Positions 1 to 9,403 of a DNA stretch of 55,221 nt are shown here, piece by piece. Numbering within the stretch: position 1 is the stretch's first letter; each line of letters begins with the position of its first letter. The position numbers were made by a program, and so were the translations under genes. The notes under the pieces are model-generated. The model was not told the origin of the DNA, did no database searches, and saw only the letters and a program-made list of their open reading frames with translations. The stretch comes from an uncultured Bacteroidales bacterium (GTDB taxonomy: Bacteria; Bacteroidota; Bacteroidia; Bacteroidales; DTU049): NCBI GenBank assembly GCA_964551645.1, contig CAZKDV010000004.1:1-55221 (forward strand), given 5' to 3'.

Positions 1-408
1 ACCAATGATTTCGCCAGAGGCTAAACGAGGTAAATATTTTCTTTTTTGTTCTTCACTTCCAAAAATATAAATTGGATACATCACTAGTGAAGTTTGTACA
101 GAAGCCATTGAACGAACGCCCGAATCTCCTCTTTCTAATTCTTGCATAATAAGTCCGTAAGACATATAATCTAAATCAGAGCCACCGTATTCGCTTGAAA
201 TAAATGGGCCAAATGCACCAATTTCACCTAACTCTTTAACAAAATGCCTTGGAAATTCTGCTTTTTCAAAATATTCTTCTATGCTAGGTTTAACAGAGCG
301 ATTAACCCAGTCTCTAACTGCATTACGAACAATTTTTTGTTCATCTGTAAATAAATCGTCCACTACATAATAGTCAGGAGCGTTGAATTGAACTGAATGA
401 GATGACAT
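1..408 (-). CDS. acyl-CoA dehydrogenase, glutaryl-CoA dehydrogenase-like (N-terminal 136 codons; the rest lies left of the window)
   Basis: Reverse-strand frame is open to the window edge with ATG at 408..406 (absent from the ORF track because truncated). Translation MSSHSVQFNAPDYYVVDDLFTDEQKIVRNAVRDW...YGGSDLDYMSYGLIMQELERGDSGVRSMASVQTSLVMYPIYIFGSEEQKRKYLPRLASGEIIG matches the N-terminal domain of glutaryl-CoA-type ACADs. Confidence 0.85.
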   Translation of the reverse strand, partial: MSSHSVQFNAPDYYVVDDLFTDEQKIVRNAVRDWVNRSVKPSIEEYFEKAEFPRHFVKELGEIGAFGPFISSEYGGSDLDYMSYGLIMQELERGDSGVRSMASVQTSLVMYPIYIFGSEEQKRKYLPRLASGEIIG

Positions 409-437
409 AACTATTTGATTTAATTGTTTTAATACTG

Positions 438-445
438 CAAAAATA
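438..445 (-). promoter_or_regulatory. Bacteroidota-type -7 box (TATTTTTG on minus strand)
   Basis: CAAAAATA on the + strand equals TAnnTTTG on the - strand, 30 nt upstream of the ATG at 408. Confidence 0.45.
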
Positions 446-485
446 ACATTTTTTTCATTAATTATAGTCTCTTAGGTTTTTTTAA

Positions 486-493
486 TAATTTTG
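486..493 (+). promoter_or_regulatory. Bacteroidota-type -7 box TAATTTTG
   Basis: TAnnTTTG consensus 34 nt upstream of the ATG at 527; divergent from the ACAD promoter. Confidence 0.5.
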
Positions 494-526
494 CACTACT
501 AATCAAATTATTAATAAAAAAATTTC

Positions 527-1648
527 ATGCAATCAAATACAAATCAAATTGGATTTATTGACAGCTCTCGTTTGATAATTGAATCATTTGCCAGAGCAGG
601 AGCAGATGTGTTTGTTGGTTATCCGATTACACCTGCAAATCTATTATATTTATATGCCAGCAAGCGATTTCCCGAGTTTATTGCTGCTCCAGATGAAATT
701 ACAACCTTGCAATTGATGTCAGGGTATTCTGCAGCAGGAAAAATACCCATTACTGCTACTTCGTTTCCGGGATTTGCCCTTATGATTGAATCAATTAATA
801 TGGCATATATGATGGAATTGCCAATGGTAATTGTGCTTGTTCAAAGATTAGGTCCTGCAACAGGAAGTGCAACTTGTGGTGCACAAGGAGATATTGATGT
901 CGTGAATGGGGTTATTTCGGGAGGAATGTCGTTGCCTATGATTAGTTTGACTAATAGCAATGATTGTTGGGAATTATCTGCAAAAGCTATCGAAATGGCA
1001 GTAGAAATGAGAACTCCTGTTGTTTTGCTTACCTCAAAAGAAGAGGTTATGACAATGTATTCTTACGATTTTTCAAGTTTAAAAGAAATTAATAAAATTA
1101 AAAGAAATTATTATTCGGACAGTAAACCATATCTTCCATACTTGCCTTTGGATAATCTTGTGCCTGAGTTTTTGCCCGTAACGAACAATAAGCATCAAGT
1201 TAGATTTACCGCATCAACACATGATAGGCGAGGAATTATTCAAAACACTTCAGATGAAGCATTGCAAAACTCAAGGCGATTAAATGAAAAAATATTGCTA
1301 AATATGGAGCAATACCAGATGTTTGAGTTAGATGAGCAAGAAGGGGCAGAAATATTATTATTCTCGTATGGAATATCAAGTGCTGCAACAAAAGAAGCTG
1401 TAATAGAATTGCGAAAAGCAAATAAAAAAGTTTCTATGTGTTTGGCAAAAACATTATTACCAGTTCCAGATATATATTATGATATTGTTCAGCGTTATAA
1501 GATAACCGTTTTTGTTGAAGAAAATCTGACAGGACAATATAAAGCTCTTATGTTTGGAAAAAAATCGCCAAAAAACATTGTTGGGATTAACAAAATAGGT
1601 AAAATGATTGAACCTAATGAAATCATAGAACTTGTATTAACTTTTTAA
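527..1648 (+). CDS. 2-oxoacid:ferredoxin oxidoreductase, alpha subunit (KorA/VorB-like)
   Basis: 373 aa. N-terminus ...AGADVFVGYPITPAN...APDEITTLQLMSGYSAAG...ATSFPGFALMIESINMAYMMELPMVIVLVQRLGPATG is the POR/OFOR core domain signature. The TPP-binding partner follows 12 nt later. Confidence 0.85.
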   Translation: MQSNTNQIGFIDSSRLIIESFARAGADVFVGYPITPANLLYLYASKRFPEFIAAPDEITTLQLMSGYSAAGKIPITATSFPGFALMIESINMAYMMELPMVIVLVQRLGPATGSATCGAQGDIDVVNGVISGGMSLPMISLTNSNDCWELSAKAIEMAVEMRTPVVLLTSKEEVMTMYSYDFSSLKEINKIKRNYYSDSKPYLPYLPLDNLVPEFLPVTNNKHQVRFTASTHDRRGIIQNTSDEALQNSRRLNEKILLNMEQYQMFELDEQEGAEILLFSYGISSAATKEAVIELRKANKKVSMCLAKTLLPVPDIYYDIVQRYKITVFVEENLTGQYKALMFGKKSPKNIVGINKIGKMIEPNEIIELVLTF

Positions 1649-1659
1649 ATAAAAATATA

Positions 1660-2928
1660 ATGGAATATACATATCTCACAGGAGACACACTTCCTTTTTG
1701 TAAAGGTTGTGGACATATAGGAATAACTCAAAACACAGAAAAAGCTCTTCAAAAATTAGCGATAAATCCTTTGGAAGTTATACTCGTTACAGATATTGGT
1801 TGTCATGGTATTATTGATAAATCGTTTTTAACGCATACAGTTCATGGTTTACATGGTCGTTCGGTTGCTTTGGCTTCGGGAATAACCGTATCTATGAATG
1901 AATCAAGCAAAAAGGTTATAGTATTTATGGGTGATGGTAGTGCTTCAATTGGTTTACAACATATTATTGATGCTGCACATAAAAATTATAATATGACAGT
2001 TGTTGTTCATAATAATATGCTTTACGGAATGACCGGAGGACAACCAAGTGAATACACTCCAAAAGGATTTAAAACACCAACATTACCTCAAGGTGCGAGT
2101 CGTGATAATCATGATATTTGCAAACTTGTAGCTGCTGCAGGAGCAAACTATGTTAGACGGGTAGTCGGAATAGGTGATTATTCTGATATAATGGTAGAGG
2201 CATTTTCAAAACAAGGATTTTCACTTATTGAAGTAATTGAAGTTTGTCCAAGTTATGGAATGAAAGCAAATCCAAGTATGAAACTTAGAGATATTGCAAA
2301 AGAAGCTGGATTAGATGAAGGTTTGTTTGTAAATAGAGATTTACCTGCATTCAAAATGGATAGAAATATTGATGCAAAATCTCTTATTAACGATTTTCAA
2401 GTAATGCCAAAAACATATTCTGCAAAAATTAATTCTCCTCTAAAAATAATGATTAGTGGTTCGGCAGGAGAAGGAGTTCAATCAACTGCTGAAATATTAG
2501 CAAAAGCGGCAATTATTTCGGGTTTGCACACAACAAAAAAAGGAAGTTATCCTGTTACTGTGGGTATAGGCTTTTCTTCGTCAGAAGTTATTGTATCTCC
2601 TGAAATCATTCAATATACGGGTCTTTCATCTCCCGATGTACTAATTGTAACATCAAAAGATGGAATTGATTTTGCCAGTCCACGCATCCGTAAAATGAAA
2701 GAAGGAAGCGTAATTTATGTTGATGAAACTTTGCAATTGCCTGAAACACAAGCAAGTATTTTTACTTATAATTTTAGAGAAAAGGTGGGAGCAAAAAATT
2801 CATGTCTATATGCTTTGTATAAATATTTGTCAGAAACAGACACAATTCCACTTGAAGCATTTTTAGATATTATGAAATCAAGCAAAATGAGTAGTAAAGT
2901 AAATATTGATAAATTATTTGATTTGTAG
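1660..2928 (+). CDS. 2-oxoacid:ferredoxin oxidoreductase, beta (TPP-binding) subunit with C-terminal fused gamma domain
   Basis: 422 aa. It has FCKGCGHIG, DIGCHG and FMGDGSASIGLQH...NNMLYGMTGGQ TPP-binding motifs, then KIMISGSAGEGVQSTAEILAKAAIISG, which is typical of the OFOR gamma subunit. Confidence 0.85.
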   Translation: MEYTYLTGDTLPFCKGCGHIGITQNTEKALQKLAINPLEVILVTDIGCHGIIDKSFLTHTVHGLHGRSVALASGITVSMNESSKKVIVFMGDGSASIGLQHIIDAAHKNYNMTVVVHNNMLYGMTGGQPSEYTPKGFKTPTLPQGASRDNHDICKLVAAAGANYVRRVVGIGDYSDIMVEAFSKQGFSLIEVIEVCPSYGMKANPSMKLRDIAKEAGLDEGLFVNRDLPAFKMDRNIDAKSLINDFQVMPKTYSAKINSPLKIMISGSAGEGVQSTAEILAKAAIISGLHTTKKGSYPVTVGIGFSSSEVIVSPEIIQYTGLSSPDVLIVTSKDGIDFASPRIRKMKEGSVIYVDETLQLPETQASIFTYNFREKVGAKNSCLYALYKYLSETDTIPLEAFLDIMKSSKMSSKVNIDKLFDL

Positions 2929-2931
2929 AGT

Positions 2932-3714
2932 TTAAATAATCGCTTTCCAAATTAATTCCACAATATCAAGATTATCAATCTCATCTTCTTTGTTTTTATA
3001 TTTTATTCCGTCTGTTAACATAGTCATACAGAAAGGGCAAGATGTAACAATAGTATTTGTATTTGTTTCAATTGCTTCTTCAGTTCGCTCAATAAAAATT
3101 TCTTTATCTCCTTTTTCTGCATCTTTAAACATTTGAGCGCCGCCACCCCCACAACAAAGTGCAAAGCTTTTATTTCGCCTCATTTCGATATGCTTAATCC
3201 CTAAAAAATTTAATAAATCTCTTGGGGCTTGATAGATATTATTGCCTCGTCCTAAATAGCATGGGTCATGAAAAGTTGCAGTTTGCCCTTTTAGTTTAGA
3301 TTTATCTAATTTTAAGTTTCCTTTGATAATTTCTTGTTTAAGAAATTCGGTATAGTGTATAAGATTGTAATTTCCGCCCAAATCGGGATATTCATTTTTT
3401 AAAATATTATAACAGTGTGGGCAAATACAAATAATATTTTTTACTTCATATTTTGAAAAAATACCAATAAGTTTTAGAGCTTGTAATTGGAATATTATTT
3501 CATTGCCTGCTCTTTTTGCAGGATCGCCTGTACAAGTCTCTTCAGTTCCGAGTACGGCATAGTCAGTTTTTAAGTGATTTAGGATTTGAGCAAAAGTTTT
3601 GGCTACTTTCATATATCTATTGTCATACGCACCAGCACATCCAACCCAGTAGAGGTATTCAATCTTACGACCTTCAGCAAAAACATCTGACATTATTGGC
3701 ACATTTATCTTCAT
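2932..3714 (-). CDS. CCG-domain (cysteine-rich) Fe-S oxidoreductase subunit, HdrD/GlpC/DsrK C-terminal-like
   Basis: 260 aa with two Cys-rich CCG-type blocks (WVGCAGAYD...CTGDP...CICPHCY and HDPCYLGRG...ALCCGGGGAQ...TSCPFC). It starts 7 nt after the stop of the upstream membrane Fe-S gene. Confidence 0.75.
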   Translation of the reverse strand: MKINVPIMSDVFAEGRKIEYLYWVGCAGAYDNRYMKVAKTFAQILNHLKTDYAVLGTEETCTGDPAKRAGNEIIFQLQALKLIGIFSKYEVKNIICICPHCYNILKNEYPDLGGNYNLIHYTEFLKQEIIKGNLKLDKSKLKGQTATFHDPCYLGRGNNIYQAPRDLLNFLGIKHIEMRRNKSFALCCGGGGAQMFKDAEKGDKEIFIERTEEAIETNTNTIVTSCPFCMTMLTDGIKYKNKEDEIDNLDIVELIWKAII

Positions 3715-3721
3715 TTCATAA

Positions 3722-5041
3722 TTATTTTTGTTCTGTCCATTTCAGTCTGTCTTCTTTTGAATATTGCCATGGAGATCCATTATTTTCAATATTTGCAAAA
3801 ATTGTGTTTAGTTGATGTGGAGCATTTCCTTCTTCCATTACAAGATAACGCCTCAAATCAATAATAAAAGTAGTATGGTCAATATTCAAAGGACATTCTT
3901 TGGCGCAAGCATTGCATGTTACGCATGCCCAAATTTCTTCTTCAGTAACATAATCTCTAATTAAAGATTTGTTGTCATTATATGCTGTGCCTTCTTTTTT
4001 CAAACCTTTTGATTTTTCATTCATTCGCTTACGAATATCCATAAATAGCTTTCGTGGAGATAGTGCTTTGCCAGTAATATTGGCAGGACATACAGCAGTG
4101 CATCGTCCACATTGCGTACAGGCAAGCGAATCAATATAGTTTTTCCAAGTAATATTTTCGACATCTAAAATTCCAAATCTCTCAATTTTTTCAGTTTGAG
4201 AAATAGCGTCAATGTTTGTAAATAGTTCAGGATTTAGTATAATTTGTGCTTCTTTTGTGATTTGCTCCATAGTGTATAATTTACTCAAAGGAGATAATCT
4301 GCTTAAAAATACATTGGGCAATGAAAGAAAAATATGAAAATGTTTAGAATATGGTAAGATATTAGCAAAAATAAAAATCAAAAGTATATGTGTCCACCAA
4401 TTAAACTTGTACCAAAAAATGAGTTTTGGAGTAGATAAATTTGAAAATAAAGGAGCTATGTATTTGCTTATCGGATAGTTTACCACACAAGCATCAGTAT
4501 GCAGTGCCATAAAAAATGTATTTAAACCTGCAAGGCTAAGCATCAATAAAAAAATAAAAGTCAAAGCAAGATATGCGTCTTTGTGGTTTTTTTTGCTTAA
4601 TTCTTTTCCATGCAAACGAGCAATATTCAAATAATATCGCCTTATAATGAAAATAATTATACAAATTCCTATTATGTATGCAAACACATCACCAAAGCTC
4701 ATTAAAAAACAATAGGTATTTCCTAATATTGCGAAACTTTTTTCTAGTCCAAAAACTCCATCAACGACTATTTCTAAACTTCCGAAAAGAATTATGCAAA
4801 ATCCCCAAAATACAAGAGCGTGCATAATTCCAGCTATACGATTACGAAAAATTTTTTTTTGAAAAAATCCATTGACAAAGATTAGTTTGATGCGTTTGCC
4901 AATTCTTTTTATAGGATAAGCACTTCTGGTTAGCTTGAAGTTTTCAATAATTATACTAATGGAATATATAAAAACTCCAATTGTAATAATCAAAAGAGAT
5001 GTAAAAATTAATTTCTCCATTGTGATTGTTAGCTTGAACAC
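3722..5041 (-). CDS. integral-membrane protein with C-terminal 2x[4Fe-4S] ferredoxin domain (DsrM/HdrE-like anchor fused to a DsrK/HdrD-like N-terminal part)
   Basis: 439 aa with about six hydrophobic helices carrying conserved-looking His residues. Two motifs follow: CTQCGRCTAVCP and CVTCNACAKECP (CxxCxxCxxxCP). Confidence 0.75.
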   Translation of the reverse strand: MFKLTITMEKLIFTSLLIITIGVFIYSISIIIENFKLTRSAYPIKRIGKRIKLIFVNGFFQKKIFRNRIAGIMHALVFWGFCIILFGSLEIVVDGVFGLEKSFAILGNTYCFLMSFGDVFAYIIGICIIIFIIRRYYLNIARLHGKELSKKNHKDAYLALTFIFLLMLSLAGLNTFFMALHTDACVVNYPISKYIAPLFSNLSTPKLIFWYKFNWWTHILLIFIFANILPYSKHFHIFLSLPNVFLSRLSPLSKLYTMEQITKEAQIILNPELFTNIDAISQTEKIERFGILDVENITWKNYIDSLACTQCGRCTAVCPANITGKALSPRKLFMDIRKRMNEKSKGLKKEGTAYNDNKSLIRDYVTEEEIWACVTCNACAKECPLNIDHTTFIIDLRRYLVMEEGNAPHQLNTIFANIENNGSPWQYSKEDRLKWTEQK

Positions 5042-5170
5042 AAACTTGCTTGTAAAAGTATAAAAATTTTATATATGCAAAAAAATTATTTAGAGTAAAA
5101 TACTTTAAGGAATAAGATTATTATACAAGTAGATAAGAAAAAAATCGTAATTTTACGCAAAAATTTTTTC

Positions 5171-5632
5171 ATGGAACAGATTCTTCTATACATACTTATT
5201 TTTATTATAGCGATTGTAAGCTCTGTAAGAAAGAATAAAAAGAAAACTCAACAAGCCCAACAACAAGCAAAAAAAGTTGAAAAAACAGTAGTAGAACAAA
5301 AAAAATCAGAATTTCAAGGCTTTATACAACAATTAAAAGAGCAATTTGGAGAAGATATTCCAGAAGATAAAAAACTACAGCCAATTCAGACAGAACAACC
5401 CATTTCGTTCAATAAAAAGCGAAATTATACTGATAAAGAACGAAAATTAACAGATTCAAAAGTATATATAGAATCTAAGTTGCAAGGAAAAAATGTAAAA
5501 ACTCAAAAAAATCTTACTATTCTCGAAACAGAAGAAGAAGTTGCGGAAGATATTGATATTCAATTTGTTGAAATAGATGATGCAAGAAAGGCTTTTATAT
5601 TTTCAGAAATTTGGAACAGAAAATATGTGTAG
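5171..5632 (+). CDS. hypothetical membrane-anchored K/Q/E-rich protein
   Basis: 153 aa. N-terminal hydrophobic helix (ILLYILIFIIAIVSSV), then a highly charged low-complexity region, then C-terminus DDARKAFIFSEIWNRKYV. No family recognised. Confidence 0.5.
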   Translation: MEQILLYILIFIIAIVSSVRKNKKKTQQAQQQAKKVEKTVVEQKKSEFQGFIQQLKEQFGEDIPEDKKLQPIQTEQPISFNKKRNYTDKERKLTDSKVYIESKLQGKNVKTQKNLTILETEEEVAEDIDIQFVEIDDARKAFIFSEIWNRKYV

Positions 5633-5673
5633 AGTGAGAAATTTTGCTTTTTTTTGCATATTGGAAATTTATG

Positions 5674-5681
5674 TATTTTTG
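5674..5681 (+). promoter_or_regulatory. Bacteroidota-type -7 box TATTTTTG
   Basis: TAnnTTTG 39 nt upstream of the ATG at 5720. Confidence 0.5.
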
Positions 5682-5719
5682 CCAATTATTAAAATAGTAA
5701 AATAAAAATTATACAAACT

Positions 5720-8700
5720 ATGTTTAAAAAATTACTTAGCGGATTTAGCTTAATGTTGCTGATAACAGCCACTGTTCTTGCACAAAGCGGAACACTTATG
5801 GGTAAATTGAAAGATAAGGAAACTGGAGAACCAATTCCGTTTGCTAATATAGTTGCTGAAACAGCAGGGCGCCAAGTGGGAGGTTCTACAACAAACTTTG
5901 ACGGAGAATATACTATCAGACCAATTACTCCAGGTAGATATGATGTTAAAGCAACTTATGTCGGATACAAACCAATTATGATTCAAAATGTTATTATTTC
6001 TCCTGATAAAATAACATTTTTAGATGTTGAAATGGAATCAACTGCGGTTACTTTAACCACATTTGAAGTTGTTGATTATAAAGTCCCACTTATAGAAAAA
6101 GATGGTGGTGCTTCTGGCGGAACATTAACTAAAGAAGAAATTGAAAAAATGCCCGGCAGAAGTGCTACTTCTGTTGCAGTTACAGTTGGTGGTGTGTTTT
6201 CACAAGACGGTGAAGTTGGAAGCATCAGAGGACAAAGAAGCGAGGGTACAGTTATGTATATAGATGGTGTTCGTGTTAGAGGTTCCGGAGCTCTTCCAAA
6301 ATCTGCACTTGATCAAGTTCAAGTTATTACCGGAGGTTTGCCAGCACAATACGGAGATGCTACAGGTGGTATTATCCAAATTACTACCAGAGGAGCTTCA
6401 AGAGAGTTTGGTGGTGGCGTTGAGTTTCTTACATCTCAGTTTTTAGACCCTTATGGGTATAATTTGTTAGGATTTAGTGTTCAAGGACCACTTATTAAAG
6501 GCTCTGGAGAAAATAGTACATCTTTACTTGGATTTTTTCTTTCAGGAGAACTTAGCAGACAAGCTGACGGTAGACCATTTGCAACGCCAATAGGGGTATA
6601 TAAAGCTACAGATGAAGTTCTTGAATACTTAGAAGAAAATCCATTAAGACCTACAGGTTTAGGCTTCGGTGCTTTCCAAAACGGATCTTATATCAGAATG
6701 TCTGATTTAGAAAAAATGAAGTCAAAAATAAATAATACATCTTACGGTGTTAATTTGGCTGGAAGATTAGATGTTAGAACAAACCCAAACTCAAACTTAG
6801 CATTCGGAGGTTCTTTGAATTATAATACTGGAATTGCCTATGTTCATAGCTATAGCTTGTTCAATCATAAAAGCTTTCCTGTTTCAACAGATAATACTTG
6901 GCGTGTTTACGGAAGATATATGCAAAGATTTCCTACCGATTCTGCAAGCAGATCTCCAATTCAAAATGTTAACTATACAATCCAAGCAGACTATTCAAAA
7001 TATACAAGTATAGCACAAGATGCTAATCATAGAGATAATTTATTTGACTATGGATATATTGGTAAGTTTACGACTCATAAAGTTAAATCTTATGAATTAG
7101 GTGATTTGCCAAACAAAGGATTATATGATGTGTATATACACAATGGGTTTAGAGATACATTATACGATTTTGAACCTATGGATGTAAACCCAATTTTGGC
7201 AACATATACAGGAAGATATTATGACTTATATCCATTATATTCAGGAATGTACTCTAATAGTGTTTTAGTTCAAAATGGTGGAGGATTATTGAATGGAGAA
7301 ATGCCACCTTCAATTTATGGATTATGGACAAGTCCGGGAACAGTATATAATAGTTACGGATATTCTGACGCTAGTTCAGTAGGTATCACAGCTCAAGCTT
7401 CTGCCGATGTTGGAAGGCATGCAATTCAATTCGGATTTCAATATGAACAAAGATCAGACAGTTATTACGGTTCTGCTCCAGCTGGATTATGGTACAGAAT
7501 GAGGCAACTTACAAATAAACATATCGAACAAATTGATACAGCTAACCCTATTCTTGTGTTTGATGCAATGGGTATATTTCAAGATACTGTTTGGTATAAT
7601 AGATTATATGATGGTGCATCTCAATCATTTTTTGACTATAATTTGAGACAACACTTGAATTTGCCTGTTGATGGCTTAGATTGGTTAGATATTGACAGTT
7701 ACGACCCAAGTACATTTGATATTTCATGGTTTAGTGCTGACGAATTATTAAATGAAGGAACAAGTCCTTATGTTGCATACTATGGATACGACCACACAGG
7801 TAAAAAATTGAAACATAAGCCAAGTTTTGATGATTTCTTCACTAAACAGGATAAATACGGAAATTATACTCGCGAAATCCCTGCATTTGAACCTATTTAT
7901 ATGGCAGGTTATATTCAAGATAAATTTGCATTTAGAGATTTGATTTTCAATATCGGAATTCGTGTTGACAGATTTGATGCAAACCAAAAAGTATTAAAAG
8001 ATCCATACTTATTATATGAGGCAAAAACAGTAGGAGATATTGGAGATGAGTTTGGAGAAATTCCTTCAAATATGGGAGATGATTTTGTTATCTACATGAA
8101 TGATACAAGATTTCCGAATGCAATTTTAGGCTATCGTGATGGCGATGTATGGTACAATGCTCAGGGGCTTGAAATTACTGACCCAACTTTAATTTCTTCT
8201 CCAGGAGGTATTGCTCCTTATTTAGTAAATCCGGAATTAACCAAACCAACATCAGATGCCTTTAAAGATTACGAACCTCAGATTAGCGTTATGCCTCGTT
8301 TGTCTTTCTCTTTCCCAATTTCTGACGAAGCTCTTTTCTTTGCTCACTACGATGTTGTTACACAACGCCCAACAACTGGATTAAGATTAGACCCAACAGA
8401 CTATTACTTTATTCAAGCGAAAGGACAAAGCGTTTTGAACAACCCAAATTTAAAACCTCAAATGACCGTTGATTATGAACTTGGTTTTCAACAAATGCTG
8501 AATATTCGTTCATCAATTAAATTTTCAGCTTACTATAAAGAAATGCGTAACCAAATTCAAGTTTATCGCTTTACAGGAGCTCACCCCATGTCGTATATTT
8601 CATATAATAATATTGACTTTGGTACAGTTAAAGGTATGACTATTTCTTATGACCTAAGAAGAAATGTAAATATTTGGATAAAAGCTAATTATACATTACA

Positions 8701-9367
8701 ATTTGCTGATGGAACAGGTTCTTCAGCTACTTCTGGTATCAACTTAGTTAGAACAGGACAGCCAAATCTTAGAATCATTAATCCTCTTGATTATGACAGA
8801 AGACATAACTTTTCATTAGTTGTTGACTATAGATATGGTAAAGGAAAAAACTATAACGGTCCAGTTATAACAAGAAAAGTAGCTGGCTCTGACAAGCTAA
8901 AAACTTATCCTATTTTACAAAATACTGGTGTTAACTTTACATTTATTGGTGGTTCTGGAGTTCCTTATAGCCGTTCGAGTACTGTTGTTCCAACACAAAT
9001 AGGAGGTGGTACTTATGTTCTACAAGGATCAATGAACGGTTCAAGATTACCTTGGCAGTTTACAATAAATGCTAGGTTGGATAAAGAGATTTCTATTGCT
9101 CACGGAGCAGATAAGAAAAAAACAACTGACTTTAATGTTTATCTTGAAGTCATGAATGTATTGAATGCTCAAAATATTCTTGGTGTATATCGTGCAACTG
9201 GTAATCCTGATGATGATGGTTATCTTGCAGCTGCTGAGTATCAAGCAGGTATTCAAGCACAATTAGACCCAGAATCATTCCGCCAACAATATGCTCTTGC
9301 CGTAAATAGTCCATATAACTATAGTTTACCAAGAAGAATTAGATTAGGAATAGTTTATAATTTTTAA
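5720..9367 (+). CDS. TonB-dependent-type outer-membrane receptor with N-terminal CarboxypepD_reg-like domain (1215 aa)
   Basis: Signal peptide, then GTLMGKLKDKETGEPIPFANI...FDGEYTIRPITPGRYDVKATYVGY (carboxypeptidase-regulatory fold). Plug region has IRGQRSEGTVMYIDGVRV...VITGGLPAQYGDATGGIIQITTRG. A very long beta-barrel region ends in RIRLGIVYNF. Confidence 0.85.
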   Translation: MFKKLLSGFSLMLLITATVLAQSGTLMGKLKDKETGEPIPFANIVAETAGRQVGGSTTNFDGEYTIRPITPGRYDVKATYVGYKPIMIQNVIISPDKITFLDVEMESTAVTLTTFEVVDYKVPLIEKDGGASGGTLTKEEIEKMPGRSATSVAVTVGGVFSQDGEVGSIRGQRSEGTVMYIDGVRVRGSGALPKSALDQVQVITGGLPAQYGDATGGIIQITTRGASREFGGGVEFLTSQFLDPYGYNLLGFSVQGPLIKGSGENSTSLLGFFLSGELSRQADGRPFATPIGVYKATDEVLEYLEENPLRPTGLGFGAFQNGSYIRMSDLEKMKSKINNTSYGVNLAGRLDVRTNPNSNLAFGGSLNYNTGIAYVHSYSLFNHKSFPVSTDNTWRVYGRYMQRFPTDSASRSPIQNVNYTIQADYSKYTSIAQDANHRDNLFDYGYIGKFTTHKVKSYELGDLPNKGLYDVYIHNGFRDTLYDFEPMDVNPILATYTGRYYDLYPLYSGMYSNSVLVQNGGGLLNGEMPPSIYGLWTSPGTVYNSYGYSDASSVGITAQASADVGRHAIQFGFQYEQRSDSYYGSAPAGLWYRMRQLTNKHIEQIDTANPILVFDAMGIFQDTVWYNRLYDGASQSFFDYNLRQHLNLPVDGLDWLDIDSYDPSTFDISWFSADELLNEGTSPYVAYYGYDHTGKKLKHKPSFDDFFTKQDKYGNYTREIPAFEPIYMAGYIQDKFAFRDLIFNIGIRVDRFDANQKVLKDPYLLYEAKTVGDIGDEFGEIPSNMGDDFVIYMNDTRFPNAILGYRDGDVWYNAQGLEITDPTLISSPGGIAPYLVNPELTKPTSDAFKDYEPQISVMPRLSFSFPISDEALFFAHYDVVTQRPTTGLRLDPTDYYFIQAKGQSVLNNPNLKPQMTVDYELGFQQMLNIRSSIKFSAYYKEMRNQIQVYRFTGAHPMSYISYNNIDFGTVKGMTISYDLRRNVNIWIKANYTLQFADGTGSSATSGINLVRTGQPNLRIINPLDYDRRHNFSLVVDYRYGKGKNYNGPVITRKVAGSDKLKTYPILQNTGVNFTFIGGSGVPYSRSSTVVPTQIGGGTYVLQGSMNGSRLPWQFTINARLDKEISIAHGADKKKTTDFNVYLEVMNVLNAQNILGVYRATGNPDDDGYLAAAEYQAGIQAQLDPESFRQQYALAVNSPYNYSLPRRIRLGIVYNF

Positions 9368-9403
9368 CAATTTAAAAAATAAGAAATATTAAGATTAAAT
9401 AAT

